Positions 1 through 11,920 of a stretch of 64,000 nt of DNA are shown here, piece by piece; positions within the stretch are counted from its first letter, which is position 1, and the number at the start of each line of letters is the position of its first letter. The notes beneath the pieces are model-generated. The model was not told the DNA's origin. It saw nothing but the letters and a program-made list of their open reading frames with translations, and searched no databases. The position numbers and the translations under genes were made by a program. The stretch covers positions 125,054,001-125,118,000 of the forward strand of contig JBITNC010000001.1 of NCBI GenBank assembly GCA_050084985.1, read 5' to 3'. Source of the stretch: Nageia nagi (taxonomy: Eukaryota; Plantae; Pinophyta).

Positions 1-580
1 GCACTTCACTCAGCAATTATTTCTCATGATGTGGGACGCACCTCCTCTAGGAGGCATTCTTGGTGATTTGAAGTTATTTTATGTAATTAGAGGTTATTAC
101 GCCATTCTATGGCCTTCTGATGTGGATGAGTATTCATCTTGGGTGCAAAAATGTGTTGATTGAGCACTTAAGGTTGGACGTCTCTCTTCTAGGGATCTAG
201 GAGTGATTTTTAATTAATTAAAAGTATTCTATTATTTAATTAGGAGTCTTGGGCTAATTTCCACCATCAGATGTAAAAATGTAATTAGTGACCTCAATTT
301 ATGCTCCTAAAGGGTGATGTCTCACTTATGGGACATAATGAGGCCTTAAGTTGTAATTTGGTGGGCCCATTAAGTCAATTAGGCTAGATGCCTCATCTTG
401 GGGAGGAATTAGAATGTCTAGGTTGGGTTGACCAACCCTTTGAGTGAGACGCCTCCTATAGAAGGCAATTAGAGTCCGACGTCGTTTTGTGGACATGAGC
501 TCTCTCCATTCTTCTTGTACACACAATGGATGTACTTGAGGTCTTACATTCCTCAAGCCGTAATCGACTGCTACATTAAG
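1..580. mobile_element. Degraded LTR-type fragment, truncated by the window edge
   Basis: Shares motifs with the LTR at 5927-6750 (gtgggacg, ttgagca..aaggt.gac..ctcttct.aggg, gtgagacg, taattaattaa). Right boundary is unclear. Confidence 0.5.
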
Positions 581-1238
581 GCCTAGCATTCCTCAACATT
601 CCAAAGACTGCTACTAAGGGTCTGGCATTCCCTAAGGCTACCTGAAGATTGCCATCATTGGTGTTGTTGTTGAGATCTACCATTGCTGTCATTCTCATCT
701 GATCCAATTCTACATAACCTAATGTATCATCCATATTATGATATTTATTGTATATAATTGTGTATTGTATATAGGTTTCTTGTCCCTTGTTTTGAACACT
801 TACAAATTGCTTGTGCTGGAGTATATAAAGGGTGGCAAACAAAAGCAAAGGGATAAATATCTCATTGCTGGTCTCTCATCTTCTTTGTCATCTCCCCAAA
901 CCATTGGGCATGGATAGAGTTCAATAGTTGCTTATATTTATGTTTTAGAATAATACGAGAATATGAAGGTTTTTCTTTTAACTTCTATGAAGAATTCTTT
1001 ACTTTTGAAATGAAATCTTTTTCGGTTTATAGCTGATTCCAAACTTTTATAGCTATTGTAAAATTTTTTGGTTTGAATATATAACTAAATTCATTGCAAT
1101 ATGGAAGAGTGTGATATCAAAGTCTTGATGTATTGATTTTTTTTCTCTATTTGTTTTTGAAGTTGTTTGGGGAACAAAAAGTTTATGACATTATTATAAT
1201 TCTTTTATTTTCTATATGGTTAATATTTTTGAGGACAT

Positions 1239-2036
1239 TGTGATGTTCCCAAATTATACTTATTCCAAATGATTAGTAAATGAGCAATAATCCAAGAAAT
1301 GAGCAAGAACAAGAAATTATGCCACAAAAATATCCAACGCACAAGCCAAAATGGAGAAATAATGCCCACGTCTCAATATTGAACAATGATGGAGCAAGAT
1401 ACAACCAAATGGCCCAAGAGGGCTGACGTTTGGTTCAATGGACCATAACTAGGGCGTAGTACTCTCCAAATGTTGATGTCACACTACTAGGACCTTCAAC
1501 CCTTGGATCTGAGATGCAAGTTTGGTTTGATTAAGGGTTTTCATCATTAGCCAAGATCTAGTGAAGGCTACGTCCCACTAAACCCTTCTCCACGTTGGGT
1601 TTTCATCCAAGGAGTGGCCCAAGAGATGGTGTTGCCACTCCAAAGATAGAAGATGTCAAAATATCTCAATAATCATGTCCTCCTACTCTTGCGCTAGCCA
1701 TATAAATAGGATTCCCTCAAGGATGGGCGCCTACACAACCATCAAGGAGACGTCATGCTTGGGTGTCCATATCATGCCTCGGGATCACACCAAATCATGC
1801 ACTCATCGTCTAATCAAGATTTGTGCCTTGGGGATCGACAATATCTCACTTAAATGATCCTAATCTTCCTCTAGGAGGGAGATGTCCCACTTTGGGGCTC
1901 ACAATTGATCCATGGGACCCATAAGTCTCCTATTCGAGGTTACATTAATGCCTAAGAATACATGCAACTAATAAATAAATACTCCTAACTGCAAAATCAC
2001 CCCTAAAAGGAACAGCTTCTAAAAGGGAACATCACA
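1239..2036 (-). mobile_element. Solo LTR, about 800 bp, related to the LTRs of the Gypsy-derived element at 28169-33767
   Basis: 12-bp inverted termini TGTGATGTTCCC...GGGAACATCACA; flanks GACAT/AACAT (4/5 TSD). The reverse complement shares cccaaagtgggac and catctcttgggcc with 28169-28860. Confidence 0.8.
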
Positions 2037-2722
2037 AACATCAATTAAATCACTGCCACCTTCACTACATTCACATGTAGAAATCTATTTCGATTCAATG
2101 GTAACCATAATATCATTGTGCATATGTGCAAATTGTCTTTTCGTGTCTCTGAACCAATACTAGGTAACCCATTCTATCATCCGTATCATTATACTTCTAT
2201 TGTATGTAGTATATACCTGTGTATATTATATAAACTAATTTCTGTGGTTCTTTTCTACTCTTATGAACTGTTTGTAGCCAGACCTGTACGTATATGTTGC
2301 AATCTAAAGTGAAGTGGTAAATATGTCATTAATGATTCCATGATCTTCTTTGCAATCTCCCAAGCCAATGAGCACAGATAGATTTCAATAGTTGCATATA
2401 CTTTTATTTTTGAATGATATAAGAATACATTAGATGTTGAAATGTCATTTGTTGTGAATTCCAAGCTTTCATTGATATTTTTGGGATGAAATGCCTTTAG
2501 TATGGAAGAGAGTAATATCAAAGAATTGGTAAATTAAGATTGTCACTTGTTCATTGGTAGACACAGTTTGAAACAACTATATTTCTTTATTGAAAAATTA
2601 ATCATTTTTATATTTTCTATATCTTACATTTGAATTTCCTATCAAGATGAAAACTAAAGTCGGGAAGCTTCGAGTGAAAAATTATCCCTTTGGTTGACAT
2701 ATGTTCATTATACTTCTTGCAG

Positions 2723-2787
2723 TGTGTTGTGGAAGAAGTACAAGGCCCAAGCCAAGCCCGAACCCGTAAAGAGCGTTTCATTTCTGG
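2723..2787 (+). CDS. MSH1: MSH1 exon (CVVEEVQGPSQARTRKERFISG)
   Basis: ttgcag| acceptor and |gttagt donor. Matches plant MSH1 CIVEEVQGPTPARSRKGRFISG as I recall it. Ends in phase 2, consistent with the next exon. Confidence 0.95.
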
Positions 2788-3998
2788 GTTAGTTAATTTC
2801 TTTTTATCACATATTGCGTATCTTTTTATCACATATTGTGTATCAGCAGTAGTTCTTTCAGAGCATTTTTTGTTGTGACTAGCTATGAAAATTGAATGCC
2901 CCCAGAGACAGGTATGAAATGGATCAGGGTATGTAATGATTGAATTAGGTGCCAAAAAGATGCAAATGATAATAATATGTGATCAAATAGTAGTGTTGTA
3001 GACTTACTAATTGTCACTAAATCTTGAAGGGGTTTGTCTCCCTGCTTTGTAGCTGTTGAGAGCTCTATAAGATAACGGCCTATTAACTGTAAGCACCATC
3101 ATTCATACACAAAAGTGTTAAGAGAGTTTATGTTTTGTGTGTTTCTGTGTAGAAGAAAGGAATCATATTAATGTATATAATCTACAAGAATCAGCCAATT
3201 GGATACAAAATATCTAGATTTGAAGCAATAAAGTGCATGTGTTCAAGATAATAATGGGATCTACCTATATGCAAGGGTTGTCTGATATACATACTTGGAC
3301 TTAAATTCTAAAATAAAACAAAACCCTTCCAGAGGAACCTTTATATGTTTGATTACAAGGGAGGAATGCCTTGATACATATGGAACACATAGCAGTGTAG
3401 GGTGTCTGTTCTACTTAATTCACCCAAATTTCTTTTGAGGGCCAACAATGATACTCAGTTGATTTAGAATTTGGAAAAATCCCTTCTCTTTTCTTGGGAA
3501 AGGTTGCTTATTTTACAGGGAATTGTTCTCTTGTTGATTTACGTATACATCTGCAATGCAACCTGTGGAGAACTAAAGCATATCTGCAGCAGTTGATTGT
3601 GTTTTAGCTCATTCGTAGTGACCTTGAAATAGTTTACGTAGCATGTTAACAATTGTGCTGGGCATCTCATTATCTTGCATGAATATCTCTCCTGAAAATG
3701 ATCTTTACTATCTTGTTAGCAGCCATAGATACAGTTGCATTAGGACAACTGTGTATTTTGTGGCTATTTTCTTGCCTACTAGTCCCATTGAAATTGCAGT
3801 GTGGATGAGAAGAGTACATTGCTATAGGCATTTAGAGCCATAACCATCAGCATTGGAGCCATAAGAAAGATAATGTATGAACCAGGAGTAATCTGATAAA
3901 GTTTTACTGAATGCAATATAGTATGAAGTGTAAACATGTAATTGACATTGATGAAAAAACATCAGATATTATAGTTTAGGCTATATGGTTATCCAGTG

Positions 3999-5351
3999 TG
4001 TAACATTCCCTTTTTGTAAAAATTAGTTAATTTTGGAATCCTAGGGATTCCCTTTTTGTAAATATTTACTTTCTTACATAATTGTTGCTAATTCCTTGTG
4101 ATAGAACTATAAAGGTCCATTGGACCCACTTGTAATCCCCATGAGGGACGTTTTCCTCCCAAGCTAGGAAATGTTATTTTATTTAATATTTAACGTACTT
4201 GGAGATCCCAAAGATGATTGTGGGAATCCCAAGGCTTGTATAGCACCTAGCACATGGATAGACACCTATTTGCCCCAACGTTGGATTTGGGAGCACTTGT
4301 ACACATGCACCAACCTTGGGGAGACTCCTAGACCCCCACATTGGCCCATGATGACCACCTTGCCCCCATGCATGACTCCTAGACCCATGTTGTACCTTGG
4401 ACTCCCACGTGGCATGCGTGGCATCTTAGGACCTCACGTTGAGCATTTATGACCCCTGGGTACCCACGTTGGGTATGCCTGACCCTAGGCACCCACGTTG
4501 GAGTTCTTGGGCCTCCAAAAGGCCAAAGTTGAGATTGAGAGGATGGGGATGACTTCTAGGTGAGATTCAGATCCAGTTGTGAGCTATATAAGGCTAAGGA
4601 AAATTATATCTGAGATAGACTGAATTTTATATTGAAACCTTTCTCTTCGGAGCTATAAAAAACTTGGCGGTGTCAAGCACCCTTGGGCATGGAGCACAAG
4701 GAGAGCGCAGGAGGCTTAGGAAACCTTTTGTCTTAGACGGTTGGGGTGTTGTTTGTGCGAGTGAGGCTACCCTACCCTGAGGCGTGCACAAGCGGTCTTC
4801 ATCTCTGAATTCATCCGATGGCATTCCGGAACCACATCTGATCTCTTCGCCGGGAGCTAGCCTATGAGGGACCACTTCAGTGAGGCATCCACAACGTTGG
4901 TTGGAGGTGGTTGATCTACTCAATTTTTCATTATCTATCTCAGCATTGCGTGTGCCCTAGTTGGCTCCTTGGAGGCCAATGTTGAGCTCTTTGGTCCTGG
5001 AATTGTATCATTTACTATTTTCATCCTTGATACAGCCGTGGGCACCTTTGGATCTCAATAATAGTCTCATTGTGTGATGTTCATGCTTCTATATTCCCCA
5101 CATTGAGCTATTTTGTATATTTCTGCTTGTGTAATGGAACGTTGGCATATCTGGATGTATTTGGCATAGCATACTTGAGGTGCATGACATTGGGCATTTA
5201 AGTGATATTTCTTGCTTATAGAGTGATCGTTGGCATTCCTGGCTTCTTGTTGCATGTAATTGATGCCCTAGTTCAAACGTGGCATGCTTAAAGGTTGAAT
5301 TGAATATTGTTTTGGCTAATTTCTGTATTAAGTAGTTTTAGGGATATTACA
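3999..5351 (+). mobile_element. Solo LTR, 1353 bp (family S)
   Basis: TGTAACATTCCC...GGGATATTACA termini; perfect TSD CAGTG (3994-3998 / 5352-5356); TATA box ctatataagg near 4585; homologous to 32302, 39348 and 57725. Confidence 0.92.
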
Positions 5352-7698
5352 CAGTGGGTCAAATATTATGGTTATGTTTCACATATTATAGTTTATACTA
5401 CATGTCCTTATGTTGTAAAATATATTCTTATGGAAATTAGCCTGTTGAGTTGAACCACTAAATTCCTAAGGTAACAATGGTGAAAGCTTCTAAATGCAAC
5501 AAAGATACTAACAGAAATACATATATTTCCCATTCATCATTGCAGCTCTTCTATCTTCTATTTAGAACATATGTATTTGTGCTTCTGATATGCCTTATAA
5601 TTCACATCAACGGTGTTATTAGAGCCAATCTATGTTTTGTTTGTTGTCCTATCTGATTCCCAACCTACATTAAACACAAATAGGAAGCACAAGAGATGTT
5701 TGCCGAGATTATGGTAGTGGTTATGAGACCAATTGGTTGGCCTTGCTGGCTGTATCTCCAAATGGTCTTGTGTCAGCCCTGCTGAAACAGAAAAAAGAAT
5801 AGCAATCAATACATGCTGGGACTATTATGTTGGTTGCTATAATGGAATCTCTACTATGTAATATTCCAAAATGGTCTTGTGTCACTTTGTACATGACTTT
5901 TGGTTGCTATAATGGAATCTCTACTATGTAATATTCCAAAATGTAAATGTTCCATTTTCTCTTGCTACTTAAAATGGGACACTCTCTTCATTGTGAATTT
6001 TTAGTACTTAGAGCTATTTTTGGTATTTTGTAATAGTTTGGTGTCGGCAGGACATAATAAAATAATAAATTGACCCTATGATGTTCAACGCCTCACTCTT
6101 GGTTGAAAAAATGCATTAATTGAGCATCCCAAGGTGGACATCCCTCTTGTAGGGGTATTAGGAGTAAAATTAATTAATTAATGTGTCTTCATTTATTTTA
6201 CTAAAGCACGGGCCATATTTTGTAACTTGGGGATCTAATTTGACACCTCAAGGTGGGACACCCAACTAGGAGAGTAAATTATAATTTGTAGGAGTGATTT
6301 TATGTTTTGTTAGTGGACTAGGTCTCGACCAGTCACCCTTTTATGGACTAAATGGGTATTTAAGGAGAAGGGCTCACTTGAAGGAGATCATCTATCTTCT
6401 ACCATTTAACAAATTATTGACCTTGGTCAACCCCGTTGGAGTTTGCAGTTGGATTAGTTGTTGCTCTTTCCTCTTGCGGACGAAAACCCTCAAGAGTGGT
6501 GCCATCTGGGGGATGGAAACCCTCAAGGTGTGGAATTAGGCCTTGGTGCCTTTATATAAGAAAATTAGCATCAAATCTACATTGGAAGCCCTGGAGCTTC
6601 ATTTGTAGTTTAGAGTGAAGACACGTACAGTTTGTCCAACTTTAAAGGTGGGAATGAGGATCCTAGAATCCCAAATTGGCCCTAGGAGTGAGACGTCTGG
6701 CTTGAGAAGGCAGTTTGTGATTATTTTGAGAACTTCATAGTGGTGGTCTTTGAAAGAATTGCACTATAACATGAACAATCCTAAACTACCAAAATCACAT
6801 GAAAGCTCTCAATTCACATCTAACTATCACACAAAGCAATCTCACAAAGATAACACAAGATGTAAGTGGTTCCTCCAACTAGGAGTACATCCACTAACTA
6901 GATCTCTCTTCTTAACAAATATGAACTCTTACAATCCTCCTACTCTTTTCTCCTAACCACTATCCTATAGCATTACTTTACTCCACAATTGGTGTGTGAT
7001 CACAAAGAGAGAGCCTTCTATTTATAGGCCAAAATACCTCTTTGGATCACCCTTTTATCCAATGTACAAAAACATGACATGCACATCTTTTTACCCAAGG
7101 GGCATGCTCATGACATGGAGTGTAGGACAAGTTACATTATCATATTCACTTAAATACTTAAGGTTTCAAAGGATACCTTTAAGTATTAGTGAACTTATAT
7201 AGAAGATTTAATACAAACCTTTACAATAATGCATTATACATTCCAACACTCCCTCTTAATGCTCTATTGGGATAGAGCGAGTAAAGAGAAGAAAAAGAAA
7301 AGTAAGAGAGTTTTCCTCCAAACAGATACAACGGAGATGAGAACTTTTTACATATTTGTAAAGTAAAAAAGATCTAGTTTGAGACTCACTACTTTGCTAG
7401 ATACAATTATTAACCACAATCAGTTTCAATGTACATGAAGTAGTCATCCAACTGGAAGTCATGAAGAGTCTTTAAGAGCCTGCATACCTGAGGTAAGTAA
7501 CTTGCAATTTCAAAGGAACCTGCAAGTTAGATGCATCATATTCATATCAACAAGGATAGATGAATCACACAAATGCCATCATGAATTGATCAATGGTGCA
7601 CTATAAGTCATCACGAAGATGCCATGCCAAAAAACTTAGTCACTTGTTGTATATAAAACATGTGTTGATTATCATTACAAAATAGAGCATGCACATAC

Positions 7699-7918
7699 GA
7701 GTTCTTCTCATATAGATAACTGAACAGTGCCAAAAGACACAAGAGTTCCTCACACATAGATAACTGAACATTGCTAGATTGACCAAAATAGAGCATGAAC
7801 ATATGAGTTCCTCACATATGGATAACTGAACGGTGCCAAAAAACACATAAGAGTTCTTCACACATGGATAATTGAAAAGGGCTAGATTGGCCAATTTGTA
7901 CAAGAAGTTCCTCACGCA
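7699..7918. repeat. Higher-order tandem repeat in the Copia 3' UTR: 27-nt core GAGTTCYTCWCAYATRGATAAYTGAAM, 4 full copies plus 1 partial, with alternating spacers
   Basis: Cores at 7699, 7743, 7805 and 7851, partial at about 7905. Spacers alternate between gtgccaaaa.. and gctagattg... Confidence 0.85.
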
Positions 7919-8021
7919 GAGCGAACTTACCATGAAGGTGTATAACAAAATCAACACTATACAGCACAAAATCCTCCTAGGGGTGAAGTTGTCATCACAA
8001 ACATGAATTCAACACAAGAAT

Positions 8022-11000
8022 TCAAACTTCACTCCTCCTTGAGGGCAACTTTACCAATCCGATAGCATCCCTAAGCTTATAGTATTGAGCTTCCGGGAGG
8101 GGCTTGGTGAATAAATCAGCGGAGTTCAAGGTGGATGGACAATACTCGAGGTGTATGATGCTATCAGAAACCTTCTCCTTGATAAAATGGGCATGGATTT
8201 TCACATGTTTTGTTCTATGATGGAACACAAGATTCTTAGCCAAAGAAATAGTCGACTGATTGTTTGAAGAAATCAAAGATGAGCCACCTTGCTCATACCC
8301 AATTTCTTTCAGAAGATGCCTTAGCCAAATGGCTTCTTGGGTTGCAATAGACATGGCACGATATTTAGCTTCTGTGGTGGAAAGAGAAACAGTAGGCTGC
8401 TTCTTGGAAGCCTAAGAGATAGCACTTGAACCAATGCTAGCCAAAATTTGAGAATCCAGAGAGAACAAACGAAGACAACTTAGAATACTTGAGAGCAAGA
8501 TCTTTAGTCCCTGCAACATACCTCAAGATTTGCTTAACAACATTGAGGTGCTCAACATATGGTTTCTGCATGAATCGAGCCATTAAATTCATTGCAAAGG
8601 CAATATCTGACTTGAATATAGTCAAATACAAAAGACTACCAATTAATTGCTTGTAAGTTGTAGCATCAGCTAACTAAGAGTTGGAGCTCAGAGAAACAAT
8701 GATTCCAGAAGAGATTGGGATCGCAACATATCTACACTCCATTCCAAACTTCTGCAAGATGTTTGATATATACTTAGATTGATTGAGGTAAGTACAATCC
8801 TTGTATTGATACACTTGCATTCGAAGATTGTAGTGTAAGAGACCAAGATCAATCATATCAAATGTTGCTTTAAGTTTGGATATACACTCTTGAATGTTTT
8901 CATCATTAGTTCTAGTTATCAGAAGATCATCCACATAAAGGAGAATCAAGACTACGTCTTTCCCTTGATTGAGCTCATATAGATTGGAGTCAGAAAAACA
9001 CTTGGAGAAACCAATATCTGCAAAGTACCTTGAAATTTTCTTGTACCAGGCTCGTGGTGCTTGCTTAACTCCATACAATGACTTCTTTAGCTTGCATACA
9101 AAGGACTCTTTGCCTTCCACACTAAACCCTTTTGGTTGATTCATGAAAATTTCCACATCTAAGTCACCATTGAGAAATGCACTCTTGACGTCAAGTTGAA
9201 AAACGTTCCATCCTTGAATTGCAAAAAGAGCAAGGATAACTCTCATATTAGGCATCTTTGTCATGGGAGCAAAGGTTTCCTCATAATTTACACCGTATTT
9301 CTGAGCAAAACTTTTAGCTACTAATCTTGCCTTGTATTTCTCAATATCTCTATCTGAATTGAACTTGACCTTGTAGATCCACTTATTGCCAATCACATTC
9401 TTTTCATTGGGATAAGGAACCAAGTCCCAAGTTTTGTTTTTAATAAGCGTCTCATACTCCACTTTCATGGCTTCCATCCAGCACTAGTGCTTAGAAGCTT
9501 CTTTGAAGGTTGAGGGCTCATGCTTGTTGTCAATCTTGGTAATTAAGGATTTGTTCAAGGTCATGCTCTTTGTTACCTTTTGTGTTGGAGAATTTTGTTT
9601 TTGAGGTGACTTGTCTACATCAATATCCAACCAACTAGGAGCAACTAAAGAGTCCTCTGGATCATCAACATCCTCATTAGAAGCAGATTCTTCAGGAAGT
9701 TCATTGAACTTTACATTCCTTGAAACGAACATTGCTTTTGGAGAGTAGAGCATGTAGCTTCTATGTTGATTGTCATAACCCACAAAGATGTATTTTTCAG
9801 CTCTTTTGTGCAATTTCTTCCGTTTCTCAGAAACAATGTAGGAGAATGCTTCACAACCAAACACCCTATGGTGAGAAATGTTAGGTTTTTTTCTTGACCA
9901 TGTCTCAAAAGGAGTTTTACTTTGAACGGCTTTTGTGGGACACCTATTCAAGGTGTAAATAACAGTGCTCACAGCTTCACCTCACAAGAATTTAAGAAAA
10001 TTACCCAACATGCATCTAGCCATCTCTATAATTGTTTTGTTTTTCTTTTGGGTAACACCGTTCTGCTGAGGAGTGTATGGAATTGTAAACTGCCTCTTGA
10101 TTCCATACTTAGCACAATAGTCATCGAACTCATTGTTGCTATATTCTCTCCCATTATCTGATCTCAACATCTTGATTTTGAGATTAGTTTGATTTTCAAC
10201 AAAGGTTTTAAAAACCTTAAAACTCTCAAAGGTTTGATCCTTGTGCTCAAGTAGATACCCAAAGGTCATCCTACTATAGTCATCAATGAAGGTTAAGACA
10301 TAAGATGCTCCTCCAAGCAACTTAGTCTGAAATGGACCCATCAAATTTGAATGCACAAGTTGAAGTGGTTGAGATGCTCTTGTTGCCTTATCTTTTTCAA
10401 ACTTTTGTCTATGCATCTTACCAAGAATGTAGTTCTCGTATAGACCAACCAAAGGAGAAATTGAAGGCAAACCTTATACAAGTTCTTGATTTTTTATGAC
10501 TTGAATACTCTTGTGGTTAAGGTGCCTTAAACGATGGTGCCAAAGATTGTCTTTAGAACACACACTAGAAACAAGACACATCTTTGATGGAACTTGATCC
10601 ACAATGTAGAGGTTATCTTTCACAGATCCTTTAACTAAATTGGCAAGTCCTTTTTTAATGTACCAGGATTGAGAGTCGAACTCAAAAGAGTACCATTTTT
10701 TAGCAACTTAGATCATGGAGAGAAGGTTCATTCTTAACTTAGGAACATAGAGAACATTTTCAAGAACCTTTCTATGAATCAGCACACTCCCAATTTCTTG
10801 GAATTCAAGGGTAGAGTTATCATCTATTACAATTGCATCCTTTTTATACTTGTGAAAGTTCTCAAACTTTTCCTTTTGAAAGCATAGGTGATTAGTGCAA
10901 CCAGAGTCAACTATCCATTCAGATGAAAAAGAGCGAGATATGGAGTAGAGCGCCGCAGCAAAACCAACATGAGTATTTTTTTTCCTTTGTAGTTCTTTAC

Positions 11001-11920
11001 ATTTCCATTTCCATTGCTTTTGTTCTTTTCCTCTCTTTTCTTTTTGTAGCAATCAATTTGTTTGTGACCTTGAATGCCACAATAGTTACAATTACCATCA
11101 AATTTTTCCTTAGGATATGGATTGTTTGCTTTGCTTTTTCTATCGCTTTGCTTGAAGTGGTTGTTGTTGTCGTTGTTCTTGCTACTGTGGTTGTTGTTTC
11201 TGTTGTTCCTGCTATTGTTGTAGCCATTGCCTCTTTTTTCAAACCTTTTGGAGGAAGAAAGATAAGATTTTTTTTGATGGTTGAACTTCTTCTTGAAAGG
11301 AGTTTTGGCTGCTTCAAGAGCAACGTTATTATTCTAAAGAGAAGAAATCAACAACTTATTGTTAAGGGTTTCCTCATGCTTCAATAGGTGTTTAGAAAGG
11401 TTCTCAAGGGAGAAGACTTCTTTTTCATCATCAAGCCTTGTTTCCATAATCGTCACAAGGTTTCCAAACTTTGAAGAATGATGAAGACCATGAATTTATC
11501 ATTGATCCAATTGCACCCATAAGCACCAAGTTGGGTCCTTAGGTCAATGATTTTGTTCAAGTAGATAGCCACATTTTCATCTTCCTTTTGACGAGATTGA
11601 AGCAACTTTTGGAGAATGGTAAGCTTTCTTGAAAAGTTTGAACCAAGGTAGATTTGTTTAAGCTTATCCCATGCTTCCTTTGCTGAGGTTGAAGAGGAAA
11701 TCATCAAAAGCACATCATCTGAAACTGCACCGTAAATCATGGAGGTTGCCAACTCATTTTTTGTGTTGTAAGCCTCTAGTGCCTTCTCGTCTTTAGAAGG
11801 TACAAGGTTTTCATTCACTATTTGCCAAAGCTTCCTTGCTTGTAATTCAGCATTCATCCGAGGTTTCCAAATCCTATAGTTGGAACCATCAAGAATATGT
11901 TTGGGTAAAAAAGATTTTTC
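8022..11920 (-). pseudogene. Copia gag-pol, broken by frameshifts and stops
   Basis: Gag (AKEAWDKLK); Asn-rich linker near 11160-11230; protease WIVDSGCTNHLC; integrase (LRSDNGREY, PYTPQQNG); RT (QLDVKSAFLNG, LLYVDDLL); RNaseH (HHRTKH, ADLFTKPL). Confidence 0.95.

Noticed and set aside
7699-7918. CRISPR-like repeat-spacer look (GTTC...GAAC cores)
   Set aside because: Spacers alternate A/B and are homologous to each other, there are no cas genes, and the array is inside a plant Copia UTR.
10923-11387. Val-rich + strand ORF
   Set aside because: Antisense reading of the AAC-rich (Asn) gag linker of the Copia element.
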